A stretch of DNA of 64,000 nucleotides from Antedon mediterranea (taxonomy: Eukaryota; Animalia; Echinodermata). A program made the translations under genes and the position numbers. The stretch lies in the NCBI RefSeq assembly GCF_964355755.1, contig NC_092672.1, forward strand, positions 25,116,437 through 25,180,436, read 5' to 3'. Within the stretch, counting starts at the first letter, position 1. Each line of letters begins with the position of its first letter. Of the stretch, positions 36,793 to 46,665 are shown piece after piece. Under the pieces are notes generated by a model that had not been told where the DNA came from, ran no database searches, and saw only the letters and a program-made list of their open reading frames with translations.

Positions 36793-37572
36793 TGACGCCA
36801 AAGACCGCCGTTGACCGTCTTCAATCTGATGATGATGATGATGATGTTGATGCTGCGTTTCACCGTTTCGACTAAGCAGAATCGCCACTCTATCGTCCAC
36901 GACTCGAGAAGATTCTGATTCCGAGCACAGAGTTTCGGTGTCGAGAGGAAGTTTTACGTTCTGTGCCATCTCGTTGACTTTATCGTTGTAGATTGTGGCC
37001 AATGTCAACGTTTTCTTGTAATTCTCTTCGCTGACGTGAGGAGGTAGATTCAACAGTGTCGACTGTAAAGAATTGCTCAGACTGTGCGTGTCTATTTTGA
37101 TTTTCATATCGTTCAGATTACCGTCCATCGAGTTTAGCATACTGAACATTTGCTCGTATTGTATTTTTTTTCGCATTAATGTACGTATCTCAACCTTTAC
37201 GGTTTCCTTGTCAAATTCATCTTCAGCACTAATGTCTTCGTCGTACATACGATTGCGTAGACATATCATTTCGGATTGAATCTTTTGCATACAGTCTTTG
37301 GTGTCTTGCTTTTTGGCGTCAAGCAATCGAACGTATCCTTCGAGACGACTGTGGAACTCTGTTATCTTTTCACAAACTTTACTCGGATCTTGTACCTTAT
37401 TCACCGCTGCTTCTTCGTTTTCATCATTATCATTTTCATCTCCTAGCAATCGATATCGTCCACAGTTGCAAATCGTCGACATGATCCACGAGAACATTTT
37501 GAAAACGTTTCGTCTCTTTTCAGCGGTGGTGATGGTGGTGGTGGCGGTGATAGAAGGTCGAACGGTTGTCAT
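36784..37572 (-). CDS. Viral Snf7/CHMP4-like ESCRT-III protein
   Basis: Helical hairpin followed by IRTLMRKKIQYEQMFSMLNSMDGNLNDMKIKID, similar to the CHMP4 segment ALQALKRKKRYEKQLAQIDGTLSTIE. Confidence 0.6.
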   Translation of the reverse strand: MTTVRPSITATTTITTAEKRRNVFKMFSWIMSTICNCGRYRLLGDENDNDENEEAAVNKVQDPSKVCEKITEFHSRLEGYVRLLDAKKQDTKDCMQKIQSEMICLRNRMYDEDISAEDEFDKETVKVEIRTLMRKKIQYEQMFSMLNSMDGNLNDMKIKIDTHSLSNSLQSTLLNLPPHVSEENYKKTLTLATIYNDKVNEMAQNVKLPLDTETLCSESESSRVVDDRVAILLSRNGETQHQHHHHHHQIEDGQRRSLASSS

Positions 37573-37872
37573 GTCAAAACAAGGTGTGCTGAATCAAGAG
37601 ATTTTCCACCTTAATAACACGTGGTACGTGATCGGCGCTAATCCAGTGATCGTAACCTTTCCCGAAAATAACTGTTTACATTACGCGGAGAGCGTATGTT
37701 ATAGACTTGCAGACACCAGCAGGCACCAAATCATAGTGTCTAGACACACGCCACATCATCGCAAATATCAACCGTTTGTTCGTCTCAGCAGCTTTCCCGA
37801 TAGACTGATGTATGCGATCGAAAAACACGGATGGAAGATTGTTGGACGTTTAGCGCGTGTTAGAGGACTGAA

Positions 37873-37911
<39 letters not shown>

Positions 37912-38137
37912 CAGCAGCAGTAGTATCATCGATACATCTACATTACGATCAAAATACATATGGGTGTCAGAAGGACTTCCAAAATCAGTAGCAGAAAGAG
38001 ACGAGGTTCTGTGCACAATCGTCATCCTTATCGTGATCGTCACATGTATAGCGTGGTCAGTACATCAAATTACAACAAACAATCGATGTTTCTCACCAAC
38101 ATTAGCAGCAGCAGTACACTCGATTAGAGACCATTGA
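37571..38137 (+). CDS. Viral membrane protein with near-C-terminal TM helix
   Basis: ATG at 37571; poly-Ser tract; TM VLCTIVILIVIVTCIAWSV. Confidence 0.6.
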
Positions 38138-38583
38138 CTGGACGTAACGTTGTACATTGCATCGTATCCGTTGCTACACGAAACGTATGTTATGCACACT
38201 GGAGGAGGTTCGCGTACGCACCGTACGCCCAACAACGTACGCAGTTCTTTACAGCCAAGCGTACAATGAATCATAGTCGATGACGGTGGCTTACCTCGTA
38301 TCCTCAACGAATCTCCTACCTTTCGGTAAACGCTCTCGGTCACCAACGTTAAACGTTCTCGGCTTGTGATCGTTTGCGTTGTATCTAAGACCACGACCGG
38401 AATGATCCCCAACACCACCGCCACCACCAGCACGTTGATGATGACGAGGTAATACAGGTGTTTTTTCATCACTATGCTCGTCGTCGTCGTCATCATCATC
38501 GCTACTTTCGCACAGTCCCCCGGTAAATACGTCGGTGAGCGTCTTGTCGAATTGTAACACGTTACTTCTGATGAGCTGATCAA
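38065..38583 (-). CDS. Viral type II membrane protein, Cys-rich ectodomain
   Basis: Long hydrophobic stretch LYYLVIINVLVVAVVLGIIPVVVL followed by a Cys-rich region; true start uncertain; overlaps its neighbours. Confidence 0.45.
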   Translation of the reverse strand: MISSSEVTCYNSTRRSPTYLPGDCAKVAMMMTTTTSIVMKKHLYYLVIINVLVVAVVLGIIPVVVLDTTQTITSRERLTLVTESVYRKVGDSLRIRGKPPSSTMIHCTLGCKELRTLLGVRCVREPPPVCITYVSCSNGYDAMYNVTSSQWSLIECTAAANVGEKHRLFVVI

Positions 38584-39625
38584 CGCTCAAAGGCCGGTCA
38601 GTGGGCAGAGGAAATGGATCCGACACGTATTCGTAGATTAACTCTATCGAACCGAAACAATTGTTTTGCTTGTTGTTGATGTCCAGCTCCAGCACAAGAC
38701 TTTTATCTTTCATGAGAACGTAATTCGACTGTGAATGTAAAGTCTTTGTGACACTCACCAGCGACTGTACGACCGGAAAAGGAACAATGTACTCGTTCTT
38801 GTTACTACTCTTGAAGTTATCCTTGTCGAAATGATTCCTGTCCGAGATGGCCATCAACAAGCGACCGTTTGACTTGAGCGCTGCGTGAACAACGTTCTCA
38901 AAGTGTGCCGTGTTAATTTCGTCGATACCGTAACCGTCATCTTGCATGTACTTTGCGTATTCTTCAAAGTTTTCATGTCTTTTTGGCATGATGATTGACT
39001 GAGTGTCGTGATCGACTCTTTGGAAATCATCGATGACAACGCGAAAATCTCGTTCCACAAGATGTTTTACTAGAGACGTGCCAAACACTTGACGTACGTT
39101 ATCACTCTTGATTTTGTTCATCATACTCGGTACGGCCACGTCGCAAGTCTTCTTGTCCGTCAGCGTTCCGTGGTACTCGACCCTCCATGCCGTTCTTACT
39201 CCTTTCTCGACAGTCTTGTCGGCCGTAACGTTTTGACGAATTACGTCGGCCGTACCCGCCCATGTGATGGCAGCCTTTTGGCAAAAGGCCGGCGTCATTA
39301 ATCTGGTCTTTTTGTCGATCACCATCAATCGCCATCCGTACAGCGTTGACGGATCAAAGGTGCCTGCGTTCAATGTCACCGACACCTTATCGAACCGCCA
39401 AACACTACAGCCGGCATCAACATCGATTGGAAACAGCGCCCTCGACGGTTGACAGTCGGAATGCAGTTCAGTTTGTATGGCATAGTCGCCCGGTTTCTTT
39501 GCAGGACAAACGTCTCGCGATACGTCGTCTATTTTAGCAAAACATGAGTTTTGAAACTGAAACATTTCATGATGTCGACGAATGTTTTCGTAATCTCCAT
39601 CATCACCTATCACGATATTTGCCAT
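38291..39625 (-). CDS. Viral protein of unknown function
   Basis: ~444-aa ORF from the ATG just after a (GT)n tract. Confidence 0.7.
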   Translation of the reverse strand: MANIVIGDDGDYENIRRHHEMFQFQNSCFAKIDDVSRDVCPAKKPGDYAIQTELHSDCQPSRALFPIDVDAGCSVWRFDKVSVTLNAGTFDPSTLYGWRLMVIDKKTRLMTPAFCQKAAITWAGTADVIRQNVTADKTVEKGVRTAWRVEYHGTLTDKKTCDVAVPSMMNKIKSDNVRQVFGTSLVKHLVERDFRVVIDDFQRVDHDTQSIIMPKRHENFEEYAKYMQDDGYGIDEINTAHFENVVHAALKSNGRLLMAISDRNHFDKDNFKSSNKNEYIVPFPVVQSLVSVTKTLHSQSNYVLMKDKSLVLELDINNKQNNCFGSIELIYEYVSDPFPLPTDRPLSVDQLIRSNVLQFDKTLTDVFTGGLCESSDDDDDDDEHSDEKTPVLPRHHQRAGGGGGVGDHSGRGLRYNANDHKPRTFNVGDRERLPKGRRFVEDTR

Positions 39626-39641
39626 TTTCACACGCTTACAC

Positions 39642-39673
<32 letters not shown>

Positions 39674-39755
39674 GCACACACATTTATACGTTATTGAAAT
39701 AAAAGAAAAGAAAAACAAAAATGGTATTTGCTTTTGTCTTTATTTTTCTAATTTC

Positions 39756-41255
39756 TTAAAACCCATATTTTTTTCGAAGTGAACCGTTGTTTCGTAGACG
39801 ATCATCTATTCCGGAATCAGTGATGGTCATGTATTCGATAAAAAAGAACATTTTCCGCAAATGTCGATCCAAACTCTCCAGGTCTTTAGCGTTCTTTTCC
39901 ACTCGATCCTTCCACGACTTTGCCGTCATCTGAACAATGTCTTCTGCATAAGAAGCAATGTTCTCCTGAACGTACCTGAACGGTATCAGAGAATCTTTGT
40001 ATCGAAAACAGAACATGTTGTTGTATTGTGCCAACAAATTGTGCCACTTGGTCAATGTCGTATCATCTTCTCGACAGAATGAATATATCGGTTTCACAAC
40101 GTTCGACGATACTTCGATGAATGGAAATGCGTATCCTGACTCGAATATGTTAACTTGCGTCTTTACACCGACGCCAACGACATGCGTGTGAAAATCGGAT
40201 CCTAGAAAAGAGGCTGCAATCAAAGTGTTGAGACTAGCGTATGGACAGTACAGCGTGTCTCTCGCCCATTTGCCTAGCCTGTAACACGAAGTGATCCTGG
40301 GCAGTTTGCGTACCAGTAGAGCGTCTGATTGAAGGGTGGTGAGCGTAAACAAACAGTCACTGTCACACGTTTCCATTAGAATGTTGGACGAAGGAATCTG
40401 TACGTTGAAGCGTAGAATATCATGAAATGTGCCAAACAGTATGTCTGATTCCGATGATACGTTTCGATCGGGCAGAAAACTCTCGAAATCACAGCACCAC
40501 TTTTCCAGCGTTGACGAAAGGCATGTGGACAGACGACACCAGTCTCGTGTCGTGCTGTTATCAAAACCGGCTCCGACGACCGTGTAAACGGCGTATTCGC
40601 GGTCGTATTGTCGATCCTTTTCGAACGTTGATCGAAGAGCTTGAACGACACCCGATTTGTTTTCTCTGCTACTGATGAACGATTCTATACTGCCGATGTA
40701 ACTGCCGTCTTCTTGTCGACACACAGACGTGCCCTTTTCAGCGGCAATCGCGCACAGATTCTCGTCTACACTACCTAATTTGTTCACTTGGTTTTGAACT
40801 CCCTTTTTTTTAACGCTTCGTCTACGTTTCAATTCCACTGACTTTGCATACGGAGCTGCGCCGTCCACAAACAACAGCAGTGCCTTCAGCGAAACATTAT
40901 CACTTTTCCGTCGTTGCACTTTTAAAACGTCATCCGCGCATGCCAGTGCGTCTTTGAGAAATTCTGTTAGTACATCTTGAACGGTGAAATGTTGATACAC
41001 GTTCACCACACCGTTGTCTGTATTGCGCCAATTCTTACTTTCCAGGTTTCCGATAACGCTCGAGTTTTCGATACAGGATTGTAGGTCTGGAAAACATTTC
41101 TTAACACGAACTCCTATATTACGTTTAACGATCTTGTGAAATGTCTGCGTAGCGTCCACCATCACGGCCACAATATCGTTACAGTTTTCACCAAACGATT
41201 GATTAATCTTAGCATTGCTGTCAATGACGTCAGAGAATTTTCCCTTGAGCCCCAT
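39756..41255 (-). CDS. Viral FEN1/XPG/XRN-type PIN-fold 5'-3' nuclease (herpes vhs/UL41-like fold)
   Basis: MGLKG start, MVDA, LFVDGAAPYAKSVELKRRR, ESD, CDSDCL and LGSDF acidic motifs in canonical order. Confidence 0.85.
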   Translation of the reverse strand: MGLKGKFSDVIDSNAKINQSFGENCNDIVAVMVDATQTFHKIVKRNIGVRVKKCFPDLQSCIENSSVIGNLESKNWRNTDNGVVNVYQHFTVQDVLTEFLKDALACADDVLKVQRRKSDNVSLKALLLFVDGAAPYAKSVELKRRRSVKKKGVQNQVNKLGSVDENLCAIAAEKGTSVCRQEDGSYIGSIESFISSRENKSGVVQALRSTFEKDRQYDREYAVYTVVGAGFDNSTTRDWCRLSTCLSSTLEKWCCDFESFLPDRNVSSESDILFGTFHDILRFNVQIPSSNILMETCDSDCLFTLTTLQSDALLVRKLPRITSCYRLGKWARDTLYCPYASLNTLIAASFLGSDFHTHVVGVGVKTQVNIFESGYAFPFIEVSSNVVKPIYSFCREDDTTLTKWHNLLAQYNNMFCFRYKDSLIPFRYVQENIASYAEDIVQMTAKSWKDRVEKNAKDLESLDRHLRKMFFFIEYMTITDSGIDDRLRNNGSLRKKYGF

Positions 41256-41473
41256 GGCGATTTTATGTCTCGCGTAATACACCTACGACTGACGTATATA
41301 ATAATTATTATTATTGTAACGTGGCGTCAAGTTACCAAGATGATACTTGATTGGTTCGATTGATTATGATGGACGAAATAGTATGCGTGAAATGCAATTT
41401 GTCGTCGTCGTCATCATGAACACACACACACACACACACATAAAACACATATATGTTTGTTTAAATTTTTATT

Positions 41474-42397
41474 TCATCGACGTAAATTTGAAAAATCAAT
41501 TCTATGCAATTCTGAACTTTTTTCTTTCACCCATTGCAGTACATCAACGATAGCATCCACGTTCACGTAACTGTACTCGAACTGTACATCGGAATCGTCC
41601 AGTGTCATCTGACATTTCAATTCGTACTCTTTTTTCACGTCGATGATTTGAAAAGAGAATGATGTGATGTAGTCACAAAGTGTAATTCGACGATCTCCCA
41701 ACGGATTTGAACATGTTAGGTAAGCATTCGATATGGTACATAATACACAATAGGGTCGTCCGTAGTAGTTTGACGCTCCTACGTCTGTCAGATTACAACC
41801 CATGATAATAGTTTTCATTGCGTCCACGTTCATGCATTCTCCCAACGTATAACTGTTGCCGTCGTCACTTTTTACGTATCGAGATACACAGTCGGCTGAA
41901 GCGCATCGACGAACGTTTGCACGCACGTCCGATCTGTATCCGTGTTCGTACCCGTTGAAATTGAGCATGTCTATCGTCCACTGATCTGGAACGAGTGATT
42001 CGTTCGGTACGTTGCGTACACGATCTAGAAAGTGTTCATGAACTTTCAGTTGCTTGAGTACTCGTCGTAAGTTCAACTCGTACATTTCTGATGTTGGTCC
42101 TTCTTCTTCTTCTTCTTCTTCTTTCTGATATTCGTGTACGCTTTTTGTGAGAATGTCTGACTCACCTCTGGTCCTTTTAAGTTCGTCGACAATCTGTTTT
42201 ATATCGCACGTAGACTGAACCAAAGACACGTTACCACCGGCGTTCATTCTCTGTCTAAATCTTGTGCCTGCACTGCGACTCGCCGCGTGACAAGTCGAGT
42301 CTGTCTTTTGAGCAGCAAAACATATCTTTCGCTCTTTTCGTTCTCTCTGAATTATTGGCGCAAAAGCACCATCTTGATCGTCAACGTTTCTTTTCAT
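41474..42397 (-). CDS. Viral Cys-motif protein (CxxxxC...CxxC), possible UL95/ORF34-like late transcription factor
   Basis: RRCASADC ... YCVLC putative Zn site; ORF intact; family call is inference. Confidence 0.45.
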   Translation of the reverse strand: MKRNVDDQDGAFAPIIQRERKERKICFAAQKTDSTCHAASRSAGTRFRQRMNAGGNVSLVQSTCDIKQIVDELKRTRGESDILTKSVHEYQKEEEEEEEGPTSEMYELNLRRVLKQLKVHEHFLDRVRNVPNESLVPDQWTIDMLNFNGYEHGYRSDVRANVRRCASADCVSRYVKSDDGNSYTLGECMNVDAMKTIIMGCNLTDVGASNYYGRPYCVLCTISNAYLTCSNPLGDRRITLCDYITSFSFQIIDVKKEYELKCQMTLDDSDVQFEYSYVNVDAIVDVLQWVKEKSSELHRIDFSNLRR

Positions 42398-42948
42398 GTT
42401 ACCGAATGAAACCTGCAATGCACTCACACACCTTTTTATGACTCTTCACACACAATTGAGTCACTGCACGGTATTCGTTGCTTCAACGACGGTTCTTTCA
42501 TCGAAGAATAACGAGAACATACGTTTTCCATGAGTTTAGGATGGAATGCTAAAAAAAAAAAACTGCGTTGGTCACATGAAAGGTTTGATGAAGTTTACGA
42601 CCCATAAAGCGACGAGTATCATGACGACACACACTACAAACCATATTAGATAACAGACACATTGACATGTCTTTGAAAGTACCTTAAATGGTGCGGTAAC
42701 AGTCTCTACGATCATGGTTGTTTCTTTAACGACAATGTAAACAACGTTAACGTGGGCAACGGTGGTGCTGGTGGTGATGATGACATGTACGTTTCTGTCG
42801 CCCTTTTTTCAATCCTTCTATTATCGTGTTTGTCTATTCTCGTGCACGACATACGCGTTGGCTTTAAGAAATTGTCATCGATAGACGATTTGCTCGTAAA
42901 AGACTTTAGTGACAGAACCAGCGCGAATATCTTATACTACGAAGACGG

Positions 42949-43656
42949 ATGGAGGGAAGACAATCCGTTACTCGCAGTGATCTGTACAGCGGCGACGACA
43001 CCGAGTCGATCGGCTCCAGTGAAAAGAAGAAGGGTCGGTTGGCTGGCAGAATCACTACTCGTAGGTCCGATAGAAGCAAAGTTAGGAGTGACATCCATCA
43101 TGATGATAGACGTAACGACAAGTTTTGCCTACTCCTCTGCGGCATCCAAATCGTGCTCATAATTCTCGTGTGCACGATTCACGTTCATCTGAAACGTGCC
43201 TATCGCTCGTTGGATGATCACAAATGTAGACTGAACTTTGGCGACGTTGTCGTCACCTCGGACACGGGATATCGAATCGTGTCGGACGAAGGGCAATCGC
43301 TTCTGATGCGCTCCATCGATCGAACGTGGATGCCTTCCGAACCATGTCGAGGATCCGAAGATGATCATCAACAGTTCACGTGCATTTCTAAAATGTCATT
43401 GTACTCAACAAAAAACGCGTACGTGTTCACATTGTTCAACGACACAGATAGCGGTAATGTTATACTGGTGCAAGGACCCGGTTACGACGCTGACGACGAC
43501 CAAGTACCCATCTACATGCGCACAGACTTGGACAGTGGCAAGATAAGCATTGGATATCCACCGGTGCCAAACGATTACGGACACAGGTTTTCAAACGATT
43601 CGATGATCTACGTTGACGGTCGTGTCGTGTCGCAGACAACGTCCAAGAATTTGTGA
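42949..43656 (+). CDS. Viral type II membrane glycoprotein
   Basis: Basic N-tail, TM FCLLLCGIQIVLIILVCTIHV, beta-rich ectodomain with NxT/S sites. Confidence 0.7.
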   Translation: MEGRQSVTRSDLYSGDDTESIGSSEKKKGRLAGRITTRRSDRSKVRSDIHHDDRRNDKFCLLLCGIQIVLIILVCTIHVHLKRAYRSLDDHKCRLNFGDVVVTSDTGYRIVSDEGQSLLMRSIDRTWMPSEPCRGSEDDHQQFTCISKMSLYSTKNAYVFTLFNDTDSGNVILVQGPGYDADDDQVPIYMRTDLDSGKISIGYPPVPNDYGHRFSNDSMIYVDGRVVSQTTSKNL

Positions 43657-44007
43657 GCACATTTCGACGACCAACATTCCCTTCTCACATAACCTGAACG
43701 CAAGGTATATTGCAATTTCTGTCTGGATGAACGATGACATCGACCTGACATTTGGCAGAAACTTTCATTGGTGTCAAAGAAGAAACGATTGCCTCGTCTC
43801 GTCGTTCGCGTTATTTCCATGCCGGTGACACGTTGCACGTCGTCCACAATATTTCTCAACTGCTCTTCGGACAAAACTTCTTCGGTGGTGGTTGTTGTTG
43901 TTGATACATCTTTCTTTGGCTTTTTTACCAAATGTGACAGATCGTATGGTGTTTGACAAACGCTGTCGGAGCAGTAGTGCGCCAATGCTCGACGAACATC
44001 GACGCCT

Positions 44008-44042
<35 letters not shown>

Positions 44043-44804
44043 TACACGACGCAAAAGTTTAATAGGTTTCGATGAGATTTTGTAACATCCCGGCAAACGC
44101 AACGATCTACCACCGGCGTAAATGGACAGATCGACGCATCTCATCTCCGGATAGACTTTGCACAAAGCTGTCATCATGGACGAGAGAACGTCAATGTTTT
44201 CAATCGGTCTCGGTAAACGTTGGTATACGTGTAAAGAAAACTTGTCGCTTCCTTGGCTCGAGTATACGTGTGGATTGTCGGGCAAATGGCCGAGCTCGGC
44301 CGAAAGTGCACGCTTGATGCTTTCGGCCGTTCTCAGGGCAGATTCATCGCTGCACTGAAGTCTGTTTGCATCGTCGATGTCGATCGGTATGTTGTGAATG
44401 TGGAGGTTTTCGTTAAACACTTCGCTGTACGACGACACGGAGCATGATTGAATACTACGCTCTAGTGCGGTCGGTGACGCAACCACAAAACTTCTACTGC
44501 CGCTGCCCGCTTGGCACATCTGAGATGCCAACACGGATATGCGTCTAGGTACATCGAGAGCGAAACAAGTCCACGCTCCAACGTCCCTACTGGCTGGAGG
44601 AGGTTGACACCGGGCGTACGTCTGTGCCACGGTATAGGCACGAGGAAGTTTAGCGTGACTGGCCAGCAGACCGACGGATGCGAATCGATCTGTGTTGTAA
44701 TAGTTGACGATACGCTGTTGAATGCCGTTCTGATGAGTGAAGCGATCGACGATCGTATCATCATCATCATCATCATCAGTGTCCTGGTAACAACTGTAGT
44801 CCAT
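43608..44804 (-). CDS. Viral archaeo-eukaryotic primase (herpes UL52 / PrimPol clade) with C-terminal Zn finger
   Basis: SEVF..NIPIDID (motif I), KFSLH (II), VDLSIY..GRSLRLP..YK (III) and C....H....C.S..C Zn finger. Confidence 0.88.
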
Positions 44805-45288
44805 GAATAAATTTTGCTATTTTCACACTGCTCTCTTTTGCCAGTATATTGTACTCTATAATCAAATCTAAATTGATCATGATCCATGCCTTTCGCAACT
44901 GTTTTATAAGAGCCCTAGGAACGAGTATGTGGTCTACATGTGAACCTCCTCCTCCTCCTACTCCTCCTCCAAATTCAAATCTTGGATAGAGAAGAAGAGG
45001 AACGTCTACTATACCACCACCACCACCACCACCACCACCGTCTGTTACCAATTCCTCCGCAACTACCTTGTCGCGAATAATGTGAAACGTGTAGTCGCAA
45101 TGTTCACTGGCAATTCGCCAAGCTTCGCACGTTGATCTTTTGCATAGTACGTCGAATTCATCCTGCATGGCCATATAACCACGAACATCGACTCTATCGA
45201 TTACATTCTCGTCACGATCGCAGGCGTCAGAAAAGTCACTGTCAAACGTCCAGTAGCGTCTCCACTCCAAGTACTTTTCTAACGACAT
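44776..45288 (-). CDS. Viral hypothetical protein
   Basis: 170-aa ATG ORF overlapping the primase start. Confidence 0.6.
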   Translation of the reverse strand: MSLEKYLEWRRYWTFDSDFSDACDRDENVIDRVDVRGYMAMQDEFDVLCKRSTCEAWRIASEHCDYTFHIIRDKVVAEELVTDGGGGGGGGGIVDVPLLLYPRFEFGGGVGGGGGSHVDHILVPRALIKQLRKAWIMINLDLIIEYNILAKESSVKIAKFIHGLQLLPGH

Positions 45289-46225
45289 GCTGTCAGAATA
45301 CTATCTGGACGCGGATGCAATAGAACGCGAATATTACCAGCACAGAATCGTCGCTTGCAAACGTAACGATATGGTGTACGTTTACGAGTCTTTAGTCACA
45401 TTTCAAACGGTGCCTGTACTTTTACCAACACCACCACGACTCAATTGGATTAAATTTCCAACGTTCCAGACGAGCGATGAAGTAGTTCGAAGAGCAAGAG
45501 AAATAGAAAGAGTCGGCTACGATCCCTATCCGTTCCTGGAATCTGTCGTTATGAATCGTCTATGGAACAGACTGAACGATCGCGTTCGTGTACTCACCGA
45601 TTTCAGAAGTCATGCACACAAACATAACTTGGCGTCGATAAAGTGTTTCGATCGTCTCTTTGTCTCCTTCGTACCAGCCATCCACATGCATTTGTTCAAC
45701 GTCGCACAGTCAACGTATAACGCACGCATACGAACGAGTGTAACGCTGGTGGGAAGAGTGTTGAGAGATTGGGGAAAAGGTGGTAGAGCCGACGAGTTTG
45801 TTAAAGCGTTACTGAAACCGTTGGTTCTTGAGACCGAAGCAGAGACGGGTATCGTGCAGTCGTTTCGACGATCATGTGGAATCTATAACCGAACGGTCAA
45901 GACAAAAAGGAACGTCGTCACAATTCAATCGGAGCCTATTTCGTGGACATTCAATTGGAACGATTGTCGATTGAAGCAACACGATCAACTTGTACTTTAC
46001 GAACGTGAAGATGAACGGTTAAAGTGGACGTGCTGCATGTTTTTCGACAGACGAGTACCCATCGAACGTATTCCAATAAATCTTCTCATTTCACTCATTT
46101 CGGTGATACACATTGAGAAGAATGGAGAAACGATCGATAGAGGCCTCACCTCGTGCTTCACGCGGTCGTGTAATTCATTATTGTCTAAGAGAATCATGAG
46201 AAGAATTATTAAAAAAAATATATAA
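45287..46225 (+). CDS. Viral hypothetical protein
   Basis: 312-aa ATG ORF. Confidence 0.7.
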   Translation: MLSEYYLDADAIEREYYQHRIVACKRNDMVYVYESLVTFQTVPVLLPTPPRLNWIKFPTFQTSDEVVRRAREIERVGYDPYPFLESVVMNRLWNRLNDRVRVLTDFRSHAHKHNLASIKCFDRLFVSFVPAIHMHLFNVAQSTYNARIRTSVTLVGRVLRDWGKGGRADEFVKALLKPLVLETEAETGIVQSFRRSCGIYNRTVKTKRNVVTIQSEPISWTFNWNDCRLKQHDQLVLYEREDERLKWTCCMFFDRRVPIERIPINLLISLISVIHIEKNGETIDRGLTSCFTRSCNSLLSKRIMRRIIKKNI

Positions 46226-46330
46226 AACGATTTATTGTAGCTTTTTTTTAAATTTATTTTGTTCGTCCAAGAGTCATTATAAAAAAAAAAACACAATGTA
46301 ACGCACGTCTTTGCTTTTGGTTTTATTTGT

Positions 46331-46377
<47 letters not shown>

Positions 46378-46665
46378 TTTAATTTAGATTATGGTAAAAG
46401 ATTTGTTTCAATTCATGAATCAAAGTAAACAATCCGATAAACAACATGTGTAATAGATAGATCATGAAAACACAGTTTCAAGATCTCTAGCGTTTATACC
46501 CGTTATCAATTCTTCACAATCACTATATATAAAAAAAAAAAAAAAAACAAACAGCAGCACATCGATGATTCCAATATACGTACCAACTATTGAGTAACAC
46601 AGTCGTCGTAACGGCAAACATGTTCGTAGTTCTATTGTGTAAAGGCAACAGTAAGTTTAAACGTG

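Noticed and set aside
42430-43162. Gene(s) in 42.4-43.2 kb, including the 136-aa ORF at 42752
   Set aside because: Several short broken frames around a poly-A run and overlap with the 42949 gene; cannot tell a decayed gene from a sequencing error or non-coding DNA.
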